Below are positions 1 to 8,964 of a stretch of DNA of 64,000 nt, in pieces (the first letter of the stretch is position 1; every line of letters begins with the position of its first letter). The translations under genes were made by a program, and so were the position numbers. The notes below the pieces were generated by a model, which saw only the letters and a program-made list of their open reading frames with translations, was not told the DNA's origin and made no database searches. The stretch comes from Spirochaetia bacterium (GTDB lineage: Bacteria; Spirochaetota; Spirochaetia; WTKD01; G963693115). The stretch is taken from positions 252,680-316,679 of the forward strand of contig OY843750.1 in assembly GCA_963693115.1 (NCBI GenBank). The letters are read 5' to 3'.

Positions 1-343
1 TCAACATTTTCTGCCCTTAGATAAGAAAAAGCATATTGAGCATATCTTGCCACAGAATTTGAACGATAATAATGGCTGGAATGAAATCTTTACACCAGAA
101 GAACGAGAAAAGTACACCAATTGCTTGGGCAATTTAACTCTGTTATCTATGAGAAAAAATATTCAAGCACAGGACAAGAATTTTAAAGAAAAAAAAGCGA
201 TATATACTAATGGAGATAATATAGCTACCTCTTTTGAACTGACAAGGCGAATTTTTGAAAATTCAGTTTGGACAATAGAAGAAATACAAAGGAGACAACA
301 ACAGATGATTGAGGATCTAAACCAAGAAATTAAAATTTTCTGA
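1..343 (+). CDS. GmrSD-type (DUF1524, His-Me/HNH-like) type IV restriction endonuclease, C-terminal fragment; 5' end outside the window
   Basis: The frame is open from nt 2; the ORF-track M at 47 is an internal TTG. KHIEHILPQN ... NCLGNLTLLSMRKNIQAQDKNFKEKK fits the (D/E)H-x2-P ... GNL-x-LL ... N nuclease core of DUF1524. Confidence 0.6.
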   Translation, partial: QHFLPLDKKKHIEHILPQNLNDNNGWNEIFTPEEREKYTNCLGNLTLLSMRKNIQAQDKNFKEKKAIYTNGDNIATSFELTRRIFENSVWTIEEIQRRQQQMIEDLNQEIKIF

Positions 344-527
344 TTTGTACTAAATATGCCAATATCTAAAAAACCAATAATCAGTAGAGGCAAAGTTAAA
401 AAATCACAGATGCGCCTACTAGCAAACACAAACAAAATATACAACTCTTTTATTGGCGATAAAGCCAACAAACTTAAAATTGACTTAATAGACCTAGAAG
501 CCTCTTATAGCCGATATAAGATACATT

Positions 528-1115
528 ATGCCACAAATAGAAACGCTATTGACCCAAGTTAGGGCGTGTACGGTATGCCAAGAGCACCTTCCCCTGGGGC
601 CACGACCTGTTATTCAACTGCACCCTAAATCTAAAATTTTGATAGCTGGACAAGCACCCGGAATAAAAGTGCACAAGTCCGGCGTACCCTTTGACGATGC
701 AAGCGGTAAACGATTGCGAGACTGGTTGGGACTTTCTCGTGAAGAATTTTACAACGCCAAATTAGTATCAATTCTACCTATGGGATTTTGCTATCCCGGC
801 ACAAGCTCTTCGGGCGATTATCCGCCACGCCCCGAATGCTCAAAAAAATGGCGCCATACATTATTATCCCAACTAAAGGCTTTGCAACTAACTGTGGTCA
901 TCGGTCAGTACGCTCAAGCATATCATCTTGATAAATCCCAGCGTTCTGTCACAGAGAATGTTCAAGCTTGGAAACAGTATTGGCCTAAGATCATACCCCT
1001 GCCCCACCCCAGCCCTAGAAACAATCCTTGGTTAGTGCGCAATCCTTGGTTTGAACAAGAATTGTTGCCAAAATTAAAAAATAGAATCAACGAAGTACTA
1101 GAGCGTGATGCCTAA
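528..1115 (+). CDS. uracil-DNA glycosylase superfamily protein (family 4/5-like)
   Basis: 195 aa. CTVC near the N-terminus, motif A GQAPG, motif B HPSPRN near the C-terminus. A small GC hairpin (ctgcc..ggcag, 1137-1152) lies downstream. Confidence 0.7.
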   Translation: MPQIETLLTQVRACTVCQEHLPLGPRPVIQLHPKSKILIAGQAPGIKVHKSGVPFDDASGKRLRDWLGLSREEFYNAKLVSILPMGFCYPGTSSSGDYPPRPECSKKWRHTLLSQLKALQLTVVIGQYAQAYHLDKSQRSVTENVQAWKQYWPKIIPLPHPSPRNNPWLVRNPWFEQELLPKLKNRINEVLERDA

Positions 1116-1433
1116 CAAACACTTTCCGCTTGATAACTGCCCGCGAAGGCAGACTTAAATCGTTAAAAGAGACACCTGCTCTTGGCAAGTTCCTCCTTCA
1201 TCAATCTCAACAAAAAAAACAGGTTTTCTGTTAAACTACAACTAAGATGCAGATTAACTACCACACTAGGCAAAACAAGTCGCAAAAAAACTGCAGGAAC
1301 ATAGCAAAAACAATATGAAAAACAAAAATCTTACCATTGCCAAAAAGACGAAAATCAGCCTACGCTGAAATAATTTTTCCTTTTAAAGTAAAGTGAATTG
1401 TAATTAAGAGGTTAAGATTAATAGTATAAAAAC

Positions 1434-3416
1434 ATGCAAATAAAAATACCTACGATAGACAATCAAAATTCTGAAATAATAAACATCTCTAATCAAAAAT
1501 CTTGTATATTGGTTGGAGCAAGTGGCGCTGGGAAAACAAGACTCAGTATTTATATTGGTGAACAAATAGAAGCAACTTATAAACGTCACCTAGAGTGTAA
1601 AAATGAAATTGGAAGATTAAAAGAAAAATTAGAGGAATGGGAAAACAAAAAAGATGATGATGTTGAAAATAACATTGCACCATATGTGAGTATAAAATAT
1701 AACATTTTTAACAAAGATAGGAAACAAGAAGTTCAGGTTAGTTTATATGAGTTTATAAATATTTGCTTAAAAAGCAATTCGATTACCCAGTTTAATGGAA
1801 CCACTTCTATTACTGCTCCACCGCAAAGTCTTGAAGATATACAAGGGGGAACATTATCACATCCAAGTTTCGGTACAAAAGGAATTGATGTAGATTTATT
1901 AAAGTACTCAGAAAAATACCGTACAGCAGACAATAAAGAAAATATTATTAAGGATTACATTAATTACAATAAAAACAGAATTAAAAAACGCATAGAAACC
2001 AACGAGGAAGAACTAGAGGCATTTGGTAATCCTATTTTTGAGAAAGTACACCGTATCTCTGCTCATAGACAACTTACCCTCAATCAAAATTTATCTCCAA
2101 CAAGACTGGAGCAAGCAAAGCCTCAATTAGTAAATCCGAATAGTGGACAGTGGCAAAAATCTATCACAGCTATACAAAACGACTTTGGTAAATTGATAGT
2201 ACTTCTTTACTCTGAAGAGGCAGAAATATCATCAGAATATACTCAAAAAATCCGAGAAAAGAAACAAGCGAAAACACCTCAATCTGCATTAAGTAGTTTA
2301 ATCAAATTTTGGAATGATATTTTGCCCCACAGACAACTTACTCTAAAAAAGTTAACAATAGAAGTTCAAAATATAAATGACACAAACACCTACGCCCCCT
2401 CTGAAATGAGTGATGGAGAAAGAAATATTTTTTATATTTTAGGACAATGCTTACTTGCTCCCAAAGATTCTTTATGCATTATTGATGAACCAGAATTACA
2501 TATAAATCGCTCTATAGCCAATGATTTTTGGAATTACATTAAAGAAAAGCGTCAAGATTGTGCTTTTCTATTCATTACTCACGATATTGATTTTGTCAAT
2601 GCTAACTCAGACGCTCAAAAATATTTTATTAAGAAATACCAGCATCGAAACAAATGGCATATAGAAAACATAGATAAAAAAAATGAAAGAGGCTTACTGG
2701 AAAACATTAAACTGATTGTATTGGGATCTAGAAAAGATGTCATTTTTGTTGAAGGAGGATATGACTCTCTGGATTTTATAATTTATAGTAAGGTTTATAA
2801 CGATTATTTTATTATACCCGTTGGTTCATGTCAGCAGGTAAAACAACAAGTTAATGCGATTGCTCAAAACAAACAATTTCACCATATTAAAGCTTATGGA
2901 ATTATTGATGGCGACAGTTTAAATAATGAAGAAAAACAAAATAATCAAACAAATCAAATATATGCTTTGTCGGTTGCTATCATTGAAAATATTTTTCTGT
3001 TGGAAGAGGTTATCAATAAAATATGTAAAATAGAAAATATTGAATTAGATAAAAATTATAAAGATAAAATTTTTAATTTTGTAACGGAACATCAAAAAAG
3101 TGATTTAAAAAAGAAAACAAAACATAGACTTGGCAGTGAAATACAAGCATACATAAACGAGAAAGAAATAGATAGTCTAGAGCTAGAAAAATTTGAACCT
3201 AAGAAACTTTATAAAAATTTTGAAAATGAGTTAAAGGGGTTTATTGAAACAAAAGATTTAAATAAAGTTTTATCTTTTTGTCAGAATAAAGGTTTATACC
3301 AAACAATATTAAAACAAGTTTTAAATTGTAACGATGTTAAATTAAAAATAATATCTTTATTAAGACAAGAAGATGTTTTAGATTGCATACGAAAACATTT
3401 ACCATCTATAAGGTAG
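1434..3416 (+). CDS. ABC-type ATPase fused to a DUF4435/OLD-type Toprim nuclease domain (PARIS AriA-AriB-like single-chain protein)
   Basis: 660 aa. Walker A GASGAGKT, long helical insertion, signature-like SDGERN, Walker B LCIIDEPELH, H-loop FITHD. The C-terminal ~200 aa (VIFVEGGYDSLDF ... IIPVGSCQQV ... GIIDGD) looks like DUF4435/Toprim. Very AT-rich codon usage compared with the rest of the window. Confidence 0.65.
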   Translation: MQIKIPTIDNQNSEIINISNQKSCILVGASGAGKTRLSIYIGEQIEATYKRHLECKNEIGRLKEKLEEWENKKDDDVENNIAPYVSIKYNIFNKDRKQEVQVSLYEFINICLKSNSITQFNGTTSITAPPQSLEDIQGGTLSHPSFGTKGIDVDLLKYSEKYRTADNKENIIKDYINYNKNRIKKRIETNEEELEAFGNPIFEKVHRISAHRQLTLNQNLSPTRLEQAKPQLVNPNSGQWQKSITAIQNDFGKLIVLLYSEEAEISSEYTQKIREKKQAKTPQSALSSLIKFWNDILPHRQLTLKKLTIEVQNINDTNTYAPSEMSDGERNIFYILGQCLLAPKDSLCIIDEPELHINRSIANDFWNYIKEKRQDCAFLFITHDIDFVNANSDAQKYFIKKYQHRNKWHIENIDKKNERGLLENIKLIVLGSRKDVIFVEGGYDSLDFIIYSKVYNDYFIIPVGSCQQVKQQVNAIAQNKQFHHIKAYGIIDGDSLNNEEKQNNQTNQIYALSVAIIENIFLLEEVINKICKIENIELDKNYKDKIFNFVTEHQKSDLKKKTKHRLGSEIQAYINEKEIDSLELEKFEPKKLYKNFENELKGFIETKDLNKVLSFCQNKGLYQTILKQVLNCNDVKLKIISLLRQEDVLDCIRKHLPSIR

Positions 3417-3420
3417 CCTA

Positions 3421-3624
3421 ATGAAAACTTACGAAGTGCTTTTAACAAAATCTTACATTGTCACCATTAAGGCTGACAACAAAGATCTAGCAAAAGAATT
3501 TGCACAACTATATACGAGTGATATATCTGACATTTCTTATCTAAAAGAGAAAGAAGAATATTTTGAAATTGAAGATATTGATTGTAAAATCAATGAAGTT
3601 TTTGAAGTAATAGAAGCACAATGA
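3421..3624 (+). CDS. small acidic hypothetical protein (67 aa), operon partner of the ATPase-Toprim gene
   Basis: It starts 4 nt after the upstream stop, and its stop overlaps the next ATG (ATGA). E/D-rich, with no recognisable motif. Coding status is supported only by this tight coupling. Confidence 0.45.
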   Translation: MKTYEVLLTKSYIVTIKADNKDLAKEFAQLYTSDISDISYLKEKEEYFEIEDIDCKINEVFEVIEAQ

Positions 3625-3780
3625 GAACAATCGAAGTAAAAATATCTGAAGGAGACAGCAAAGATGTCTTAAAACAATTAGATGATAATTCTATTGATCT
3701 AATTGCCACATCACCACCCTATGCAGACGGATGAAAGCAAACTTATGGCAGTGTAAGACCTGAAAAATAGGTTTAAATCG
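3622..3780 (+). pseudogene. remnant of an N6-adenine/N4-cytosine DNA methyltransferase (truncated and frameshifted)
   Basis: Encodes MRTIEVKISEGDSKDVLKQLDDNSIDLIATSPPYADG, then TGA. The next frame continues KQTYGSVRPEK, then TAG. SPPY is catalytic motif IV. The >200 aa needed for a functional enzyme are missing; only scattered short frames follow up to ~3950. Confidence 0.6.
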
Positions 3781-4114
3781 TACAATCCAGATCCTGCTGA
3801 TATGCCTTTTCAAAAAATCAGGCGCCCATATAAGCGAAAAAGCTCAATATGAGATTCAAAAAATTATAGATAATTTAGGCTCAGCCACCGACAAACCAAA
3901 CCAAACAAAAGAAATTGAAGTTATTAGGAATGGCGCAGAAGGCATTTAATCAGACTGGCAAAATCACCTCAAAATTCGCCCCTAAAATCTTCAGTGGGCT
4001 TTTTCAAGCCCACTGACCAAACCTACTATGCTCTATGTGCTCTCAATGCCCCTATAGTGTTTCTCAAACGCACTATAGCGCCTTGCGGTGCCTTTTTTGT
4101 ACTCCTGTAACATC

Positions 4115-6301
4115 CTAAGGTGCGGTATAAGGCTTCTGCGCTTCTGCGCTGTTTGGTATATCACCAAAGTCGGGGAGTTTTTGACTATCATTAGAATTGC
4201 TAACAACAGCTATAAACGCTGGCCATTGCCCTGCGGTAAAACTCCATTGGAGTCCAGTAAGTCCTATAAACTCTGCCTTTATCGCATCCCCGGTATCGCT
4301 GCTCGCTACGCTCACTTTTTTCCCAGGCTCAGTGGACGCGCGGTAGTTTGTTGCACTTTCGTCAGTAGTAGGGCTATAGGCGATCCGTTTGCCATTACTC
4401 AGCTGGTACAATCCCCCTTCATCATCCTTAGCCGAATAATAAAAACTAGCTGTACTAGTGCTAGTATCTTTTCCTATTGTGAGACCAAAGTCGGTAGCAT
4501 TACTAGGAACACTCGCCGTACTGATAACATTGCCCCTAAAATATCCTGAGCCAGTAGTAAAGTTATCGGAAGCATATCCTACTAGTCCTCCCACGCTATC
4601 TGCTCCTATCACATCTCCTGTGGCATAACCATGTAAAGAAGATTGACCTATACTACTCACAAGCCCTCCTACGTTTTCATTACCCCGTATAGTGCCAGTA
4701 GAAAAGCCGCTCATACCACCACTCTCTACATATCCAGACAATCCCCCCACGTAGTCCCCGCTCGCACTAACATCTCCAGTGCTATAACCCCTCGCAAAAT
4801 TTTCAGTGCTATAGCCTGCCAGCCCGCCTACATACTTGGTACCCTGTATAGTACCTGTTGCATAACCAATCCCACCATACGCATATCCCGATATGCCTCC
4901 TACATACTCCTCACCAGTTATATCTCCGCTCGAATAGCCATATATTGGACCTCTATTTTGTCCTGCGATACCTCCCACATAGTTCTTTCCTGTTACATTG
5001 CCAGTGGTATAGCTCTTTGTTATTTCACCAACTCCGGATCGCCCCCCTATCAAACCTCCTACATAGCTCCCTAAGGCCTCCACTGCTACCGCTGATGAGC
5101 TCTCTGTCACTGCTGGGTCTGTATCACTATCCATATGCCCCACAAGCCCTCCTACATTAACATCACTGTCAGCTGCTGCTGTGCTCTTCACCGATCCCTT
5201 GCCTTCCTCATCTTCTGTAATATGGACATTGCTTATTGCCCCTCCAGTATACTTGCCTACCAGTGTTCCTACGTTCTTTCCTCCTATTATCTCTGCTCCC
5301 TCTATCCTTACATCATTGATATTACCACTCGCTACTCCAAATAATCCTATATCATCTCCACTACTCTCTATCCTTAAGCCTCGTATCGTATTGTCTCCCC
5401 CATCAAAACTCCCACTAAAACCTGTGGTACTGTCTCCTATAGGGTCATACCCTGCTACTGTTTCTCCCCGCTCATTACAGGACTGATAGGGTAGTTCTAT
5501 GTCTTCTGTCATCGTATAGCTACTCGCTAAGCTTGCTCCTGTTGCTGCTGTTCCTGCTTTCCTCGCTAACCACTCTAACTCTCGCCATCCTTCTATCGTA
5601 TACCATGTTTCTCCTGTCTTCTTCGTTGGTACTACGGTCCCGCTATCCTTGCCTACTACACCGCACCAACTCTCTATATCTATTACTATGCTTACACTCG
5701 CTACTCCTACTGCATCAGTTGCTCTCGCTTGTACTGCTATTGTATAGCCTTCGGTGTATTCTTTATGGAGTCCTCTCCCTATGCTGATTGCTCCACTACT
5801 CTCATCTACTTGTACATGCTCATTGGGTTTGCTCAATGTGTATGCTACTCCACTGGGGGCACTCCCTCCTTCCCACTCGGGTGCTTCTGTTGTGTGCTTT
5901 GTTTGTTCTAATATACTCAGTTCTGTTCCTGTTGTTTTATACTCAAAACTCCCTATCAAGGTTCCTACTTCTAGTTTGATGTTTAGGGTGTAGGTTCCTT
6001 TGTAGTTTCCTGTTCCTGTTGCTTTTATGGTGTATACTTTGTTGTGTTGCCCTGCGTCTACTTCGGTTATCGTGAGTATGCCTTTTTCTTTGTCTATGCT
6101 TAGACCTTCTCCTTCTTGTTCTAGGCTATAGCTTATGCTTTGTCCTGCTTTGCTCCATTGGGGGTAGAGTGTTATGCTTGTTCCTTCTACTATTCCTATG
6201 ATCATTGAGGCTATTCCCTCTACTTCTTGTAAGGGTGATATTACGATACCCTCTGCTTGGCTGGCTTGGTTCTCTAGGCTATAGCTTAGTTCTCCACTCA
6301 A
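4115..6301 (-). CDS. GLUG-motif repeat surface protein with N-terminal Ig-like repeats; probable lipoprotein whose signal peptide is out of frame with any start codon
   Basis: 728-aa ORF starting at TTG. At least 8 repeats of (N/Y)VGGL(V/I/A)G = GLUG motif. Upstream, the same frame encodes LVLISLALTCILGGLFLTC (lipobox) but has no start codon; see findings. Confidence 0.75.
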   Translation of the reverse strand: MSGELSYSLENQASQAEGIVISPLQEVEGIASMIIGIVEGTSITLYPQWSKAGQSISYSLEQEGEGLSIDKEKGILTITEVDAGQHNKVYTIKATGTGNYKGTYTLNIKLEVGTLIGSFEYKTTGTELSILEQTKHTTEAPEWEGGSAPSGVAYTLSKPNEHVQVDESSGAISIGRGLHKEYTEGYTIAVQARATDAVGVASVSIVIDIESWCGVVGKDSGTVVPTKKTGETWYTIEGWRELEWLARKAGTAATGASLASSYTMTEDIELPYQSCNERGETVAGYDPIGDSTTGFSGSFDGGDNTIRGLRIESSGDDIGLFGVASGNINDVRIEGAEIIGGKNVGTLVGKYTGGAISNVHITEDEEGKGSVKSTAAADSDVNVGGLVGHMDSDTDPAVTESSSAVAVEALGSYVGGLIGGRSGVGEITKSYTTGNVTGKNYVGGIAGQNRGPIYGYSSGDITGEEYVGGISGYAYGGIGYATGTIQGTKYVGGLAGYSTENFARGYSTGDVSASGDYVGGLSGYVESGGMSGFSTGTIRGNENVGGLVSSIGQSSLHGYATGDVIGADSVGGLVGYASDNFTTGSGYFRGNVISTASVPSNATDFGLTIGKDTSTSTASFYYSAKDDEGGLYQLSNGKRIAYSPTTDESATNYRASTEPGKKVSVASSDTGDAIKAEFIGLTGLQWSFTAGQWPAFIAVVSNSNDSQKLPDFGDIPNSAEAQKPYTAP

Positions 6302-6486
6302 TGTGCTTATTACGGGACTTGTTTCTCCTGGTTCTGGGTCGCTACTACAGGTGAGGAAGAGTCCTCCTAGTATGCATGTAAGAGCTAGGGAGATGAGGAC
6401 GAGTCCCCCTGTCCGATTGTTTGCTCGGCAACTCCTTGCTTGGTTGGTGGCTTGGTGGTAGCTTTGGTGCTTGCCTTGCTACTATG

Positions 6487-6535
6487 ACTTTGTTTGAGGT
6501 CTTGTTTGAGGTCTTGTTTGAGAGTCTTGTTCTTG
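6487..6535. repeat. 12-bp tandem repeat (gtcttgtttgag), about 3.5 copies, in the 5' leader of the GLUG gene
   Basis: Read directly: gactttgtttgag gtcttgtttgag gtcttgtttgag agtcttgtt. Confidence 0.85.
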
Positions 6536-6823
6536 GTGTGATATTGTATTGTAATGCATGGCATTCTCCTTTGACCACTATTTACTTGGCCTTAGTGTTT
6601 GGTCTTTTTTGACCTAATCGGGGTTATTACTGCTTCCTTGTAGCTCTAGTTTTTCTGGTTTTCTCCATGGTTTTTGCCTTGGCTATTGTTCCTTGGCTTA
6701 TACCCTGTCTACGATCTACGAGGCATAAGGATAGAAAACAGTACTATAATTAATATAGTATATTATAATATTTTTACTATGTAGAAACACGGTATGTATC
6801 GATATGGGTTTGTAAAAAAATTC

Positions 6824-8227
6824 TTAAATATGCCGAATTGCGTCAACAATTTTAAGCCTAAGCGCCTTAAAAGCAGGTATACTACTTGCAACAACAGAAA
6901 GTCCAATAACTGAAAACATAGTTATCAACGATAGCATAAGCGTTTCTTTGTCGAAAGGTGGTATGAGGTAAAGCGAGTAGGGCTTATTATAGGTTGGGGG
7001 AGGAGGAAGGATAATATCGAGCGAAGTAATAAATCTCCCAATTATATGAGCAAGTACAAACCCCACAACAGAACCTATGATACCAAGTACTATTCCCTCA
7101 TTAATAACCATAAAATATAGCGATGTTCTCTTAAGCCCTATCGATCGCAATGTTCCAAACTCAGAGATACGCTCAAATACACTCATACTCATAGTATTTA
7201 AAACCAAAAAGATAACAAGAAAAAACAATATGGTGCTCACCATCGAAAAAATATTGCTAAATAACTGTACTATGGGTTTGTAGACTTCGCTAAGATCAAA
7301 CCAGTGATATAACTCAAGATCTGCACCATAAGTCGCATCGTTCAAAAAATCATCAATAATAGTATAGGCTTGTTCCGTATCGCCTGTATCTTTGAGGTAG
7401 ACGATAATTCTATTAACAGAATCTGTACCCATTATCTCTTGAGCAAAACGCATATCGGTCTTTAGCAAGACATTACCATATTGACGCGAAAAAGTAGATA
7501 AGGTACCATTTACCTCTGCATCAAGAATATCAAAACTACCATACCTATTGACCGCTAAAACCGTTACATAGTCTTCTGGCTGTATACGTAGCTGCGTTGC
7601 CAAGCCTTCACCCAAAACCACTGCATAGGGGTTATCCGGGTCAAGCGCCGAACCATCACGTATGATATCATAACCCGCAATCTCATTGTCTATATCAGAT
7701 ACTACTCCTCTTCCTAAAAAGTTGAGTGATTCGCCACCAGAAGCAGAAGTAAGCGTGCCAGTAAAACTAAGCTCAAATGTAATAAAATCGAGCAACTCAT
7801 TTAAATCTTGGTCTGACTGCAAGCCTTCTACTATACGCTCATAGTCGGATATAAGATATTGCATAGGAGAGCCCGAACCATAGTCAAAAAATCCCTCTTT
7901 CATTATCTGAATATGACCAGTGGTTGAGCGTATCCCTATCTCTCTAACATTAAAAAAATTTCTGTTAAAGTAAACCCCAATAAGAATACTTCCTGTGACG
8001 GCACTTATAAGTGCAAGCAATGTGATGGCTGTTCTCCGTGTATTTTTGACCACATTTCTACATGCAAGACTCACATTTGACCTATCAATGCATAAGAACC
8101 AGATAAAAAATATACACGCACAGAGACCAAGACCCGCTACTATCCAATACACAAACGGAAAAGTCACTCCATACGGTATGCTTGCAAAATCAAAGTACTC
8201 CGCATTGGAGATATTTATATCGTTCAT
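6824..8227 (-). CDS. ABC transporter permease, MacB/LolC-E type (N-terminal TM, large periplasmic domain, C-terminal FtsX 3-TM bundle)
   Basis: 467 aa. One N-terminal TM, ~250 aa extracytoplasmic domain, and a C-terminal FtsX-like segment (VLNTMSMSVFERISEFGTLRSIGLKRT...). Confidence 0.8.
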   Translation of the reverse strand: MNDINISNAEYFDFASIPYGVTFPFVYWIVAGLGLCACIFFIWFLCIDRSNVSLACRNVVKNTRRTAITLLALISAVTGSILIGVYFNRNFFNVREIGIRSTTGHIQIMKEGFFDYGSGSPMQYLISDYERIVEGLQSDQDLNELLDFITFELSFTGTLTSASGGESLNFLGRGVVSDIDNEIAGYDIIRDGSALDPDNPYAVVLGEGLATQLRIQPEDYVTVLAVNRYGSFDILDAEVNGTLSTFSRQYGNVLLKTDMRFAQEIMGTDSVNRIIVYLKDTGDTEQAYTIIDDFLNDATYGADLELYHWFDLSEVYKPIVQLFSNIFSMVSTILFFLVIFLVLNTMSMSVFERISEFGTLRSIGLKRTSLYFMVINEGIVLGIIGSVVGFVLAHIIGRFITSLDIILPPPPTYNKPYSLYLIPPFDKETLMLSLITMFSVIGLSVVASSIPAFKALRLKIVDAIRHI

Positions 8228-8236
8228 CGCATAGCC

Positions 8237-8962
8237 CTACAAACTAGAAAGTTGTAAATACACACTCGCAGCATTATCGATATCTTTATCATCAAGATTT
8301 GTAAAAATACGTATAAGCGTTGTATGCAAGAATACATCGCTCTTTAAGCGAGCTGTATACTGCTTGTCGAGTAGCAGTGTCTTGATAAAGACGATGTCTT
8401 CTTGTACCGTGTCCTCGGTCTCAAATAGTTTTGGGAGATTTGCATAGTTTATTGCACGGTATGCGCGGACAAGGATGCTCTGAGAAAATTGCTCCACTAG
8501 GGTTTCAAAATGCTCAAAGCCACGCTCTACCTGCTTTGATGCCTCAAGCAACTGCCCCTTAGCATTGTATATGGATGCCCTAAAAAAATGCGCCTGCGCA
8601 TGATAGGTGGCAACATATAGTGAGTCATCATCTTTATTAAGTTCCTGCGATTGTAGATAGGCTTCGCCATACAAAAGAATAGACTCAATAATCTCAACAT
8701 TAGCACGAGACGCTTGCTTTAGCTGTTGCTCACGCATCGCCTGAGTAATAAAGCTAGCTACGAGTGCCATATTATCCGAATCTGCCTTCACTTTTTCTTG
8801 GAGTTCGAGCACTTCGCGAGATACAGGTGTTGTTCTCTGACAAGCACTCAATGACAAAAATGCCAGCATACTCAACAAGAGATACAGAAAAAAATGTGAT
8901 AAAAATTGAAAAAAGCCAAATATAGAAAAACCAAATTTAGAAAAATCAGCTATATGCTTCAT
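8237..8962 (-). CDS. hypothetical all-helical (TPR-like) lipoprotein
   Basis: Preferred start is ATG 8962 (GGAG 9 nt upstream, 2 nt after the upstream stop). Signal peptide ends in the lipobox LSLSAC. The remainder is helical repeat-like with no catalytic motif. Confidence 0.6.
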   Translation of the reverse strand: MKHIADFSKFGFSIFGFFQFLSHFFLYLLLSMLAFLSLSACQRTTPVSREVLELQEKVKADSDNMALVASFITQAMREQQLKQASRANVEIIESILLYGEAYLQSQELNKDDDSLYVATYHAQAHFFRASIYNAKGQLLEASKQVERGFEHFETLVEQFSQSILVRAYRAINYANLPKLFETEDTVQEDIVFIKTLLLDKQYTARLKSDVFLHTTLIRIFTNLDDKDIDNAASVYLQLSSL

Positions 8963-8964
8963 AA

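Noticed and set aside
356-562. A 68-aa ORF between the DUF1524 fragment and the UDG gene
   Set aside because: It has no motif and overlaps the UDG start by 35 nt. It is basic and low-complexity, so support is insufficient to call a gene.
4088-5993. A stack of + strand ORFs (4088-4549, 4643-5074, 4858-5160, 5181-5486, 5533-5787 and others)
   Set aside because: They are antisense to the long GLUG-repeat gene. Their translations are low-complexity (S/L/P/Y-rich) with no motifs, as expected from the biased repeat codons of the opposite strand.
6345-6578. A 77-aa ORF (GTG start) upstream of the GLUG gene, considered as an independent gene
   Set aside because: It has low-complexity, proline- and basic-rich translation and overlaps the orphan signal peptide in another frame. 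It is better explained as part of the frameshifted 5' end or leader (see finding).
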